DNA from: Antechinus flavipes
Taxonomy: Eukaryota
NCBI RefSeq assembly: GCF_016432865.1
Contig: NC_067400.1
Span: 624,030,001 to 624,094,000 of the forward strand
Length of the DNA: 64,000 bases
Direction of reading: 5' to 3'
The stretch's first letter is position 1. Each line of letters begins with the position of its first letter. Below, piece by piece: positions 13,801 to 28,380 of the stretch. A program made the translations under genes and the position numbers. The notes beneath the pieces were generated by a model. It was not told where the DNA came from. It did not search any database and saw only the letters and a program-made list of their open reading frames with translations.

Positions 13801-16800
13801 ATTTCCCTCTGTGTCCTGTGAGTGTCATTCTTGAGCACTTCTCATCCCTCCTAAGGGGCCTTCCCCATCACATTGCAGAGTATGGGATCATATCTTTCTT
13901 TCCTCTGAGTCTTTGGAATTTTTTTTTCTAAATCGTGTTCCTATTAGCTTATTCAGAGGCAGTTAGGGGCAGTCTGTTTGCCTCCGTTTCTTTATCTGTA
14001 AGATGGGTATCAGTAACTCCTGCCTCCTCAGGGTTCTTGTGGGGATCAAATGAGATAATCATCAGAAAGCATGGCGGCTGACACATGCTTAACAAACGTT
14101 TATTTCTCTGCTTTCCCCATGCCCAGAGTCCCCTCCCCTATTGCACATGTCAATTCCCGCAGGCTTCCCACCCTCTTCACCCTGATCCAGAATAGAGCCC
14201 TACTCCCTCCCCCTTGGCTTAAAGGATGAATTGGCCCTAAGGCAAGTCAACAAGGGCTTGGCTTCTGGCAGAGACCGGAGAGAGAGACAGGGAAGAGAAG
14301 GAGCTCTCCAAGGTCTCACTTTCTTCCCCACTCCATGGGTGGTTCCAAGCGCCCCTTCCATGGGCTTTGTTTCTCGTGGGCCCTCGTTACCCTCTCCGAG
14401 CCTCGACTTGGCCAATCTGTGCCCTTTGGCCCTTCCCCCAACCCCCCCCCCACAGCCTTACAAACCTACAAAAATCTCAGAACCTAAAGACTTCCTCGAG
14501 ACCCTCTGATTCAAGACCTTTATTTCAGAGATGGCAGAACTGCAGGTGGGAGAGAAATGACTTTTCCAGAGTTGCACATCGAGTCGGGGGCCAAGGGGGG
14601 GCTGGTGGGGCAAGGGAAAGTACCCTGAAATTCTCCTTTCAGAGAGATGACCAGAGAGTACTTCACATACAAGGGCATCAAATTCCCCACGGGCCTCTAC
14701 TCTCCAGAGACCATAAGTTATGTGGAGAAGGACTTCAAGGTCAGGGATGAGGACATCTTCATTGTCACCTACCCCAAATCAGGTAGGAAGAACTTGGTCC
14801 TGTCCTGGGCCCCCAGAGTAAGGACGCAGACTCCAAAGACTCCATACCCACCCGCTCTCTTTGTCCTCTGACCTCCCTCGGTGTCCCCTCTGACCTCCCT
14901 TGATTCCCCCCGTCACTGTCCTTGACTTTTCTTCTGAGCCCTTTCCTTTTCCTCCATCTTCTCCTCTAGGTACCACTTGGATGATTGAGATTATGAGCGT
15001 AATGCTGAAGGACGGGGATCCCTCCTGGGCCCGCACAGTCCCCAACTGGGAGCGGGCGCCCTGGTGCGAGACCATCCTAGGGTCCTTGTCCATTATGCAG
15101 ATGACCAATCCTCGCCTCATCAGCTCCCACCTTCCCATTCAGCTCTTTCCCCGGGACTTCTTCAACTCCAAAGCCAAGGTAAGCCCGGACCAGTGAGCAT
15201 AAGCAGAGCCCGGTGGAGTCCTAGAGACCCACATTCAAAGTTGGCTTCGGACCCTGAGTATCTGTGGGGCCTGAAATGGGCCATTTCAGTTCTCTGGCCT
15301 CCATGGAGCACTGTGAAGGTCGTGAGGGACCAGGGAAGCACCTTAGGTCCATCAAAAATGCCAGGGTGCTCTGGGGAGCCTGGGGGAGGGTCCGAAGCAG
15401 CAGGGGAGGAAGTCCAAGGTCCATCCCCAGGGTCCCAGGATCTCCTCAGTGGCTGTCCCAATCTTGAGCTCCGTCCCTTCCCTTCTCGGTCTTCCCAGGG
15501 GGCCCTAGTTCTTATTCCCCTGGCTTCCTGGCTGGGGAGGCCAGTTCCTCCCAATGATACGAGAGTTTTCGTTTCCCTGGCCCATTCAGGCGTCCCAATA
15601 ACGGCTAGAGCCGGGCTGAGGCAATCGGGCAGGTGAAGATGGAGGGCTCCGGCCCCAGGTCTCAGACTGTTCCAAGCTGCCCCACCCCCTACTCTTATTA
15701 TGTTTCCCACGACTTCCAGAGATGGAGGGGGGGCTGCTCTGTGACCGAGCCCCCATTGCTTCCCTTAGGTGATCTACATAAGTCGCAACCCCCGAGATGT
15801 TCTGGTTTCCCTCTACCACTACTCCAAGATCGCTGGGCACCTCAAGGACCCCGGGAGCCCGGACCAATTCCTGCAAAATTTTCTCAACGGAGAATGTGAG
15901 GAACTAGCAGGGCAGGGACACGGGTCAGAAGGCTGGAGGGCAGCCACGAACAGGCACAGAGATGGAAGGAAAGTCACGGGAAGGCAGAGAGACCCAGAGG
16001 AGCAGAGATGGAACAGGCAGACAAAAAGCGGGTCAGGCCCCAGCTGAGAGACAAAACTGTATCCAGAGACCAGGAAAAGAGAAAGATAGGGAAACAAGTG
16101 GAAAGGAGGGAAGAGGTAGAAAGAGAAGAGAGGCAGGGAGGAAGAAAGGGAGGGAGGAGGGAGGGAGAGCGAAAGAAGAAGGAGAAGAGGAAGAAGAAGA
16201 AGAAGAAGAAGAAGGAGGAGGAGGAGGAGGAGGAGGAGGAGGAAGGAGAAAAGAAGAGGAAGAAACAGAAAAAAGAAAGGAAGAAGAAAAGAAAAAGAAG
16301 AGGATGATGAAGAAGAAGAGGAGGAAGAAGGAGAAAAGAAGAAGAGGAAGAAACAGAAAAAAGAAAGGAAGAAGAAAAGAAAAAGAAGCAAATGAAGAAG
16401 AAAAGAAGAAAGGAGGAGGAGAAAAAGAAAGGAAGGGTGAGNNNNNNNNNNNNNNNNNNNNNNNNNNNNNNNNNNNNNNNNNNNNNNNNNNNNNNNNNNN
16501 NNNNNNNNNNNNNNNNNNNNNNNNNNNNNNNNNNNNNNNNNNNNNNNNNNNNNNNNNNNNNNNNNNNNNNNNNNNNNNNNNNNNNNNNNNNNNNNNNNNN
16601 NNNNNNNNNNNNNNNNNNNNNNNNNNNNNNNGACTGAAGAACATGGAGAGCTAGTCCAGAGCCCCAGAGAGACGGGAGGGTGAATGAAGAAGTGGCGGCA
16701 GGGCCGTGCAGGTTATCAGGCCCGATGTCGGAGGGGACTGGGGGGGAGGGGCACAGGAGTCCCACGGGCCCATGGGAAGTGAAGAGAGGCGGGGTCCTGG

Positions 16801-19800
16801 TGGACGGAGTGCTCCCCTGATGCTCCTGTGTCCTTTCCCCATGTTCTCAGTACAATTTGGCTCCTGGTTTGATCACATAAAGGGCTGGATGCGAATGGAA
16901 GGAAAGGACAACTTTTTGTTCATCACTTATGAAGAGCTACAAGAGGTCAGCAAACTTTGCCCAGGCCCCTGCCCCTCCCCCTTCGGTCCCTTAGGCCCCT
17001 GCCCCTCCCCCTTCGGTCCCCCGGGCCCCTGCCCCTCCCCCTTCGGTCCCTTAGGCCCCTGCCCCTCCCCCTTCAGTCCCCCGGCCCCTGCCTCTCCCCC
17101 TTCGGTCCCTTAGGCCCCTGCCCCTCCCCCTTCGGTCCCTCACCTTCTGGCCCTGGCTGGAGGGCAGCATCCAGGGATGAGACCACCCCTCCCCCCCATT
17201 GACGTAACCACAGACAAGTTACGTCTTTGGGCCTCAGTCTCCCGCTCTGCCGGATGGGTTCGTTAGCCCTTGGCTGGCCCAAATGCGTCACAAGCACCCC
17301 GGCTGTCCGGGATGACTCGGGGCAGCTCGGTCTGACCTCCTGAGCCTGCGGGCCCTCACGCTCTGGGCCGAGCCTTCCCCTCCAGGAGCTGTTGGGGGTC
17401 TGAGCGGGGCAGATGTGGGGGTGCGGCTCTGGGAGCCCCAGCCTGGCGGGGCGGGGGTCAGGGTGGGGGAGGGGGGAGCAGAATGCGGCGCACGCCTCTG
17501 AGATCGGGCCGGCGCCTCCCCCCCCCATCTCTTCCTCAGTTCTCTCCCTCGTGCTCTCGGCCCCCCTGGACTCCGGCCCAGCGCTGTGTTCTCACGGCTC
17601 CTGATCCAGCCTTCACCTCTTTCTAACCTAGAGTCCCACGTCTGTCCCCACCCACTGGGCGTCCATCCCTACGTTCGCAGCCCGTCTTGCCCCCTCCTCT
17701 ATTTCCGGTTCACAGTCCACCTTACAGGCCCGTTCTCATCCTCGGCTCTCACTAAGGGGTCTCCGATCTCTCCCGGGCTACATCACGCACCTCCCCCCCG
17801 CTCTGAGATCAGCCGCCCCCTCCCCCAGTCCCAGGGACCTCCGAGACCAGCCTGCCCCCTCCCCCAGTCCCAGGGACCTCCGAGATCAGCCGCCCCCTCC
17901 CCCAGTCCCAGGGACCTCCGAGATCAGCCTGCCCCCTCCCCCAGTCCCAGGGACCTCCGAGACCAGCCCGCCCCCTCCCCCCTACCTCCGAGATCAGCCG
18001 CCCCCTCCCCCAGACCTCCGATCCGTTTTTTTTGTTCTGCTCACCCGTCCCCTTCCCTCCCCTCTCTGCGCCAGCTGGGCCCCAAGCTGCAGGGCTCTCC
18101 CTCCTCCCCACCTCTTGGGGGCGCCCGAGGCCTTTCCCAGCCCCCACCCCAGCTGCTGCCGGCGGGCTCACCTTCCCCTGCTCTCCTGCACCCCCTCCCA
18201 CCGGACGGGGCTCCCGGGGCAGCCTCGGCCTCGCGGGGATCGGTGCGGGCCTGGCGCCCCGGGGAACAGCTCAGCGCCGGCAGGAGGCCCCCCACGGAGG
18301 CGGGGGCGGGGGCGGCTCCCACCGGTCCCACAGGTTGTGGGAGGGATCCCTGCTCGGAGACAGGTCGGGCGGGATGCCCGTGTCCCTCCCAGCCCCCCGC
18401 GGGGGGGAGTTAAAGGAGCCAGTGAGAAGTGACAGGGGGAGCCACCTGGGGCGGGGGAGGGGGAGGCTCCTGGAAGCGGCGGCCCTGGGCCCGCCTTAGT
18501 CGGATCCATTTACGGAGCGTTTCCTACGCCGGGCGCCGGGCCAGCAGCGGGGAGCAGTCCGAGAGGCGGGGGTCCCGGCCGGGGGGGGGGGGGAGACTGG
18601 CAGGCGCCAGGCAGGGACCGGCTCGGGCCAGGTCGGCGGGTCCTTCCCGCTTTGCCTGGCGCCGGAGCTGCCGAAGGGCGTGACCAGAGCAGGTCATGGG
18701 CAAAATCTTGCGGCCAGCGCGTCCTCCGGGAGGCCCGAGAGCCTGAACCGGGCAGGGAGCTCGAGGGCAGAGCTGCTGGGAGATTTGTCCCGAAGCTGCC
18801 ATTGGCCAGCCGAGGGAGGGGGGGAGGCTGAAGGTGGGAGGGGACGGTGAGGGGGGGGAGAGAAAGGGAGGGGGGAGAGACAGACAGAGAAAGAGATAGA
18901 GAGACAGAGAGACAGGTACGGCCATTTGATCCCTGTCAGGCAGAGGGAGATGACCAAGGTCATCCATCCCCCCAGTCCTCTCCACATCTCCAAAGCAAGT
19001 GCTCATTTCCCCCTTCTTTGCTCTGCTTCCTCGGTTCTGACTTAGGGACTCATCTCCTCAGCTGGGGTCCCTCCTCGGATCCAGGACCCCTCTCCCCACT
19101 CCCGGGGCCTCGCCCCCCACTACTCTGACAGCAGCCCTGGGGCTCCCCTCCCCTGCCGCTTTCCCGTGCTGGCCTGGCTCACACTCTCAGTCTTTAAGCC
19201 GTTGGCCCCGGTCGGTCCCCAGACGCTCCCACAGCCTGAGGTGGGGCCTCTCGCCCGGGTTCTGCTGACCCAGACTGGGCCCTGTCTCGGGGCTGTCCCC
19301 GAACGTCAGCCTTTCTTGGGCTCACAAAGCCTCGGGCCCAAGTTCACACTGGGAAGCTCTGCGGGTGCTGTCGGGCTCCTGTGGGGAGCGGGGGGCTCCC
19401 CTTGGTCCTGCATCCGGGGCCCTGCAGACGTTGGGGACCGAAGTGCCCCCCGCCGCACAGACACGCGCTCAGAGAGGCCAGAAACGGTGGGAAGCTCATG
19501 AAGGCGCCAAAGCGGCCCCTCGGTGACCGGCCCCATCCTCCCTCTTGTCCCAGGCTCCTTCACTCTTGTAACTACGTGCCCCCTCCCCAAAGCTGGGCTC
19601 CATCCAAAAGGAAAACAGCTCTGGAGTTTAGGGCAGCACCCTGATATTGGGGAGGCCCACGGCATCCGGCCTGCGGCAGGCAATGCTGTGCAGCGGTCAG
19701 AGCCCCAGACTCGGGGTCGCCTCAGATGATGACCCTGCATGGGGGCCCTGGGGCCCCAGCAAGTCCCTCCCCTTTGGTCTCCTCAGTTACAAAACGCAGC

Positions 19801-22406
19801 TTTGGTCACCTTGGGGTCCTTCCGACTTTAAGACCTCTGGCTTCTCGGACAGGGAAGAAGCCCCTGAGACCGCTGGCACAGCCTTTGGTTCAGAGCCTGC
19901 TCCTCTCTCTGGCCGGGGTCACTCGGGGGCAGCCCACACCTCGGAGGAGGCCACCAACACCCACCTTCCAGAGAGACCCTGAGTGGGGAGAGGAGGACCT
20001 TACACTGAGGGGCTCAAACCCCCTTCTTACCCGCCCCGAGAGCCTGGGACCAGCCGGGCCCAGGGACGTGGCAGGGAGCCTGCCTCTGCCCCCCTCGCCC
20101 CTTTTAGAGCCCACGTGGAGTCCCCAAAGGGTCATCTCTGCCCTGTCAAGGCCTGCCTCAGGTGTGCTGATTGCAGCCTGGGTCTCGGACTGCCCTTAGG
20201 GAAAGAAATGCCTTAATCTCCTCCCCTCAGTTTCCCCATCTTGAAAATAACAGAGTTGGAATCCCTTTAAAATGAGGATGCAAGAAAGAGTCTAAGACTT
20301 TAAGTAAGACATCTACCCTCTCTGGGCTTCAGGAAAATGACAAATGAAGGTCACTGCACCCCAATGGTCCAGTCTGTGCAGCGCCTCCCTGTCTGCCCCC
20401 TCTCCAGGAACCCAAATAACCCGGCCCACAACAGTGGGAGTCAGCTAGGGACTCCCCATGCTAGACTTGAAGAGGAACTGGGACAACACAGGCAAGGGGC
20501 TTCCTCCCCCAGGAAACTATCATTCGCACGTGGGAAGCCCCTTGATTCCCCTCCTCCGCTCCCCAGAAAAAGCAAAATAGACCCAAAGTAGGGACAGTAC
20601 ATGCCATGTTCCACACCTGTAGCCTCCACCTCTGTCTGGCTCTCCAGAGCCCCGAGCTTAGCTGCTTTTCTAAGGCTGGGGCTCTCCCCGCTGCACTTCT
20701 GTAGTAGGTCCATGGTTCTCTCGGATAGACTCTTTGCAGCGCTGTTTGAGGGAATTGCTCGTTCTCGCTTAATGATAATAGCTAATATTACTTTTTGTTA
20801 GTTGGGTTATTTCAGTCATGTCTGACTTGGTGACTCCTTTTGGATTTGCCATTTTCTTCCCCAGTTCATTTTACAGATGAGGAAACCGAGGTAAACAGAG
20901 TGAAGTGACTTGCCCAGGGTGATGTCGCTAGAAAGTGTCTGGGGCAGGATTTGATCTCAGGAAGGAGGAGTCTCCCTGGGGCTGGGCTCCATCCATCCAG
21001 CTGCCCTAAGATTTACATCACTCTTTGCAAATATTTTCTACCCCTGGGAGCGAGCTGCGGCCGTTACCCCCTTAAAGATGGGGAGATTAAGGCAGACAGC
21101 GGGTGGGATTTGCCCAGTCAGACCCAAGTCCTAGTCGATGCATTTGAAACAGGCCTTAATGAGTGGGGCTAGCTCGTCTCTTGCGCCACCTAGTGCCTCC
21201 AAGCAGCCTTGCTCATATTCCATTTTCAAATAAATTGACTTGGGCCGCCCCCAGGCCCCTTTGCGCCCACTTTTCTTCGGGCTCCCTCGTTGTGGGGCCC
21301 CCCTCACTCCTGTGATCCGGGTTCTCTGCCAGTGTGCGGGCTCTGTACTGCTGCCTCAGAAGCCTCTCCGCCCCCAGGCCCCCTCCGCGCGTGCGCGCTT
21401 TCGGCAGCCTTGGACCCCGCTGCCCGGGACACAGGAGCTGGCCGGAGGGAGGCCGGGAGGCCTTGGAAGTGGAGGACCAAAGAGCCGCAGAACACCGGGA
21501 GGGAGGGGATCTGCAGGCAGGGGCCAGAGCAGAGGCAGGACAGGAGAAGAGTCAGGCTCCGGAGAGCCCGGGAGAGGCTGCAGGGGAAGCCTGCGCCGAG
21601 GACGGGCAGGACAGCGGCGTCCCCCGGAGCTCCCCGGCCCCCGCGGCGTCCCCCGGAGCTCCCCGGCCCCCGCGGCGTCCCCCGGAGCTCCCCGGCCCCC
21701 GCGGCGTCCCCCGGAACTCCCCAGCCCCCGGGTCACCCCCTCTATCCCGCAGGACCTCCGGGGCTCCGTCCGGCGCATCTCTGAGTTCGTGGGCCACCCC
21801 CTGGAGGAGGCGGCGCTGGACTCCGTGGTGGAGAACTCGGATTTCCGGACCATGAAGGAGAACACCATGTGTAATTACACCTTGCTGCCCTCCATCATCC
21901 TGGACCAACGCCAGGGGGCCTTCCTGAGGAAAGGTCAGAGGGCTGTGGGGGAAGGGGCTGGGGAAACTTCTCCGAGGGGAGGTCTCTGGGAACCTCTAAT
22001 CCCATATCCCCATTTAACAGGGAGGGGAAACTGAGGCTAGCGGGGGAACTTGGCATTCATTGATTATTTTTGGAGCCCCAGGCCTGGTAGGTGCCGGGTC
22101 ATGAGATTAAAGAGTCCAATTTCCCGAGGGGAAAACCGAGGCTGACAAGAGAAGCTCAGCGCAGCTCTCCTGGGCCGGCCGGAGGGGAGGGGAGGGGGAC
22201 CCAGGCGGAGACCCCGGCCCTCAGCGTCCTTTCCTGCTGAACCAGGGGTATGTGGAGACTGGAAGAACCACTTCACAGCATCCCAGAGCGAAGTCTTCGA
22301 CCGGGCGTACCGAGAGAAGATGCAGGGGCTGAAGACCAGCTTCCCCTGGGATGAGGACCCTGGGGACACCAGCCCAGCCCTGGCCCCGAGGGCCTGGGAC
22401 CTGTAA
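194..22406 (+). CDS. SULT2B1: Sulfotransferase 2B1 (SULT2B1b-type), 7 coding exons, 323 aa
   Basis: Exons 194-252, 14643-14782, 14970-15178, 15769-15895, 16851-16945, 21753-21933, 22246-22406; all GT-AG, phases consistent, total 972 nt. ATG 194 in strong Kozak context (gccATGG). Motifs TYPKSGTTW (5'-PSB), SSHLP (catalytic His), [13 protein letters not shown] (3'-PB) and [14 protein letters not shown] are present. Confidence 0.95.
716..828 (-). mobile_element. Marsupial tRNA-derived SINE (WSINE1/MAR1-like)
   Basis: Reverse complement reads GGGGCAGCTAGGGGGCGCAGTGGGTGGAGCACC...GAGTTCAAAT...GTGTGACCTTGGACAAGTCACTTA. Confidence 0.8.
1641..1748. repeat. ~41-bp G-rich minisatellite, about 2.6 copies
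   Basis: Unit approximately GGGGCAGGGGCCAGAGCAAGGGCAGGGACACCGCCTGTGAG repeated in tandem. Confidence 0.85.
3790..4100 (+). repeat. G-rich ~30-bp degenerate minisatellite with G-quadruplex potential
   Basis: Recurring AAGGGGCACAGGGAGGGGGCAGG(A/G)TGGT units with many G3-G5 runs. Confidence 0.8.
6113..6295 (+). mobile_element. WSINE1-like SINE with A/GAAA tail
   Basis: GGGCAG..GGTGGTGCAATGGATAGAGC..GAGTTCAAATC..ACACTTAACACTTCC..GTGTGACCC followed by an A-rich tail. Confidence 0.85.
7700..7870 (+). mobile_element. WSINE1-like SINE with (AAT)n tail and 12-bp target-site duplication
   Basis: TSD TTTCTGTAATGG at 7688-7699 and 7871-7882; B-box GAGTTCAAAT present. Confidence 0.9.
11376..11702 (-). 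mobile_element. 5'-truncated L1 3' fragment with 12-bp target-site duplication
   Basis: TSD GTGAGTGTCTTT at 11364-11375 and 11703-11714; T-rich tail at the left end; resembles the L1 3' ends at 55920-56200 and 57916-58150. Confidence 0.85.
12600..13960 (-). mobile_element. CR1/L3 fragments interrupted by a SINE (about 13120-13270)
   Basis: Degenerate L3-like stretches such as GATCCCTTCCAGAATTTTG...AAGTTCACTG; SINE reverse complement ends GCGCCATCTAGCTGCC. Confidence 0.5.
16080..16441. repeat. (GAA/GGA)n purine microsatellite and low-complexity tract
   Basis: Directly visible; runs into the gap. Confidence 0.95.
16442..16631. other. Assembly gap (190 N) in SULT2B1 intron 4
   Basis: Run of N. 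Confidence 1.
16964..17140. repeat. 30-bp C-rich minisatellite, about 6 copies
   Basis: Unit GGCCCCTGCCCCTCCCCCTTCGGTCCCTTA; CTTCGGTCCC recurs at 16981, 17011 and 17041 (period 30). Confidence 0.92.
17806..18022. repeat. 38-bp C-rich minisatellite, about 5 copies
   Basis: Unit GAGATCAGCCGCCCCCTCCCCCAGTCCCAGGGACCTCC. Confidence 0.9.
21614..21730. repeat. 29-bp CpG-rich minisatellite, about 4 copies, just upstream of the SULT2B1 exon 6 acceptor
   Basis: Unit GCGGCGTCCCCCGGAGCTCCCCGGCCCCC. Confidence 0.9.
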
Positions 22407-22414
22407 CCCCCGGA

Positions 22415-22420
22415 AATAAA
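22415..22420 (+). terminator. SULT2B1 polyadenylation signal AATAAA
   Basis: Begins 8 nt after the TAA stop (22404-22406). Confidence 0.8.
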
Positions 22421-22820
22421 GACCACACAGCCCCAAACTTGTCCCGAGTGGCTTACTGAGATAGGCTGGGGGCGGGGTGGGGCAGGGGCCGGCCTGGGGG
22501 CGGGGCAGGGCTAAAGCCAGGGTGGGGGCGGGGCCGGGTGGGGACCAGGGGTGGGGGCGGAGTGGCAGTGCCAGCTGGGGAGGAGGCTGCAGCAGGTGCC
22601 AAAGGCGTGGCAGGGTCCTGAGTCACAGCCAGGCTGGGGCGGGCCTGGGTCCTGTCCTGGGGGGAGGGCCGTTCGGTGGCGGACGGCGCGGCTTAGCTGG
22701 AGGGGAAGGGGCTTCCTCCGCTCCTCGGGACCCCTCTTCCACGCCCACCGGGCCCGGGGCTCTCCCCCCGGAAGAGTACCTCGAGCCGCGCTTGGGAAGC
22801 GCACGGCCGGGGGGCCGGGG

Positions 22821-24900
<2,080 letters not shown>

Positions 24901-24949
24901 TCACCTCTGCATCTCGGCCGTCCTGGGGGCTCCCGCCCAGCTCTCTGCG

Positions 24950-25122
24950 CCTTCCCCCTCCCTCGGGACCACACCAGGCGCCCCTGCCTCCGGGAGTCCC
25001 GTTACAGGCCCCCTCCCGCCCGGCTCTCAGAGCCTTCCCTCTCCCTCGGGACCACACCAGGCGCCCCTGCCTCCGGGAGGCCGGTGTCCCCTGTTCCAGG
25101 CCCCCTCCCGCCCGGCTCTCAG
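24950..25122. repeat. Imperfect ~85-95 bp direct tandem duplication upstream of the FAM83E ATG
   Basis: CCCTCGGGACCACACCAGGCGCCCCTGCCTCCGGGAG...CAGGCCCCCTCCCGCCCGGCTCTCAGA occurs twice. Confidence 0.85.
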
Positions 25123-26175
25123 ACTGTCCCCACGCCTCCGGCCAGCGGCTAAACAGTCACCCTTCCCTGGACAGGCAGCGACCCTTCACTGCGCCCCCCG
25201 AGAGGAGCCTCGGCCCCTGTGGGGTGGGGGATGGGGCTCCAGAGCACAAGGTCCAAAATCCCTGCCTGGGAGAGAGGGAAGCAGTTGTGAGCCCAGCCAC
25301 TGGTCGGTTCCCAGAGCTCCCCTAAGACCCAGAGGCCCCAAGGGGGATAGGGCCCCCAAACCCTTCATAGACACGGGCCCAGCTCCGAGACCCCTGCCCC
25401 ATTTCATGCAGCAGCCATCCTGGGGACAACCGGGAAGGAAACCCCAGAACCCCACCCTCCGGACCCAGGAACCGCTCCGGAGAAGCTTGCCCTCCTGCCA
25501 GTCTCTTCAGTGCCCCAACCAAGCAGTGTTTCCTTCTTCCCCAGCCCTTCTCATCCTGCCCTGCCCCCCATCCTCACCAAGAGCTCAGGACCCCCTGCCC
25601 AGGCCCCCTCACTTCTCCCTCAAGATCCCATCCCTCCCCCCAGCTCAACCCCGGAGATTCCCTACTTGCTTATGGCGAGAGGGGCAGCCAAGAGCCCCCC
25701 ATAATTCGGGCCCCTCGCCGGGCACACCTCACCAGCTCCTCATTCATTCTAGGACTGGCCCAGCCAGGGGAAGGATCAGACTAATGGGGACCCAACCCTG
25801 AATGTAAACAACAGGGCCTGGCCTTGGGGAAAGCAGGAGGCCCCCTGGCACCTGGAGGGGCAGTGGCTCAGTGCTCACCTGCCTGACAGCCAGATCCCCC
25901 GCCGCCCACTGGGGCCACGCCTCAAGATCACCCCCTTGCCCACCCCCTCGGGCCCTTTGTAAAAAGTAGAAGCCACAGATGGAGAAGGGGCAGGTGCCCT
26001 CAATGCTGAGGGTGGGGCCGGCACTGGGAGGAAGGGGAGGACACCTGGGTCCCTGGAGGTAGGCCATGGCATCCTCAGGCCTTCAGCCAAGTAGTGCTGG
26101 GTGGCCACCTGTCACCCTCCCCCTCCCCCCCAAGTCAGCAGACACAGGCAAAGAGAAATGTGTGGTCCAAAAATC

Positions 26176-26181
26176 TTTAAT
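26176..26181 (-). terminator. RPL18 polyadenylation signal ATTAAA
   Basis: Plus-strand TTTAAT about 20 nt after the stop codon. Confidence 0.8.
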
Positions 26182-26200
26182 ATAACAAGGAGTAAGGAAG

Positions 26201-27930
<1,730 letters not shown>

Positions 27931-27960
27931 GCTGGCGCCCTCCCGAACACCAGCCCAAAC

Positions 27961-28260
27961 AGGAAAGACCGACGAGCCGCGAAGCACGCTGGGAAGGCCA
28001 GCGGAGAGGTCGGCGCGCCTGACGTCGCGACGGGATGGGCGGGCACGTCGCGCGCGACACCGCCTCTCTGGCGCGCACGGCCTCCTCTCTATGGTCGCCC
28101 CTCTATTCGCACGACGAGGGGAGGGGCCGGTGGGTGGCGCAGGGCGGGCGGCGGCGCTCTTGCCTCGTCGGCGTCTCGGTGGTCAGGCACAGCTGGCCTC
28201 AGTGTACGCGGAGCGTACAGACCCTCCCCGGCCCAGGGTGCGGCCCCGCCCTGCCAGCTG
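27961..28260 (-). promoter_or_regulatory. RPL18 TCT/5'TOP core promoter and CpG island
   Basis: Minus-strand TCTTTCC at 27968-27962 matches YC+1TYTYY. CRE-like TGACGTCG at 28020 and palindrome GTCGCGCGCGAC at 28047-28058. Confidence 0.75.
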
Positions 28261-28380
28261 TGTAACCGCAGGCCCGGACCCCCCTCCCCATGCCCGGTCT
28301 GAGCCTGACCCCCCGTGCCACCCCCGGCCCGGCCAAAGTGGTCAGACCGGCCTGGCCAGGCTAGGGGGTGTGGCAGGGTG

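Noticed and set aside
15819-16765. Long Lys/Glu- or Phe/Ser-rich ORFs
   Set aside because: Artefacts of the GAA/GGA microsatellite and the N gap.
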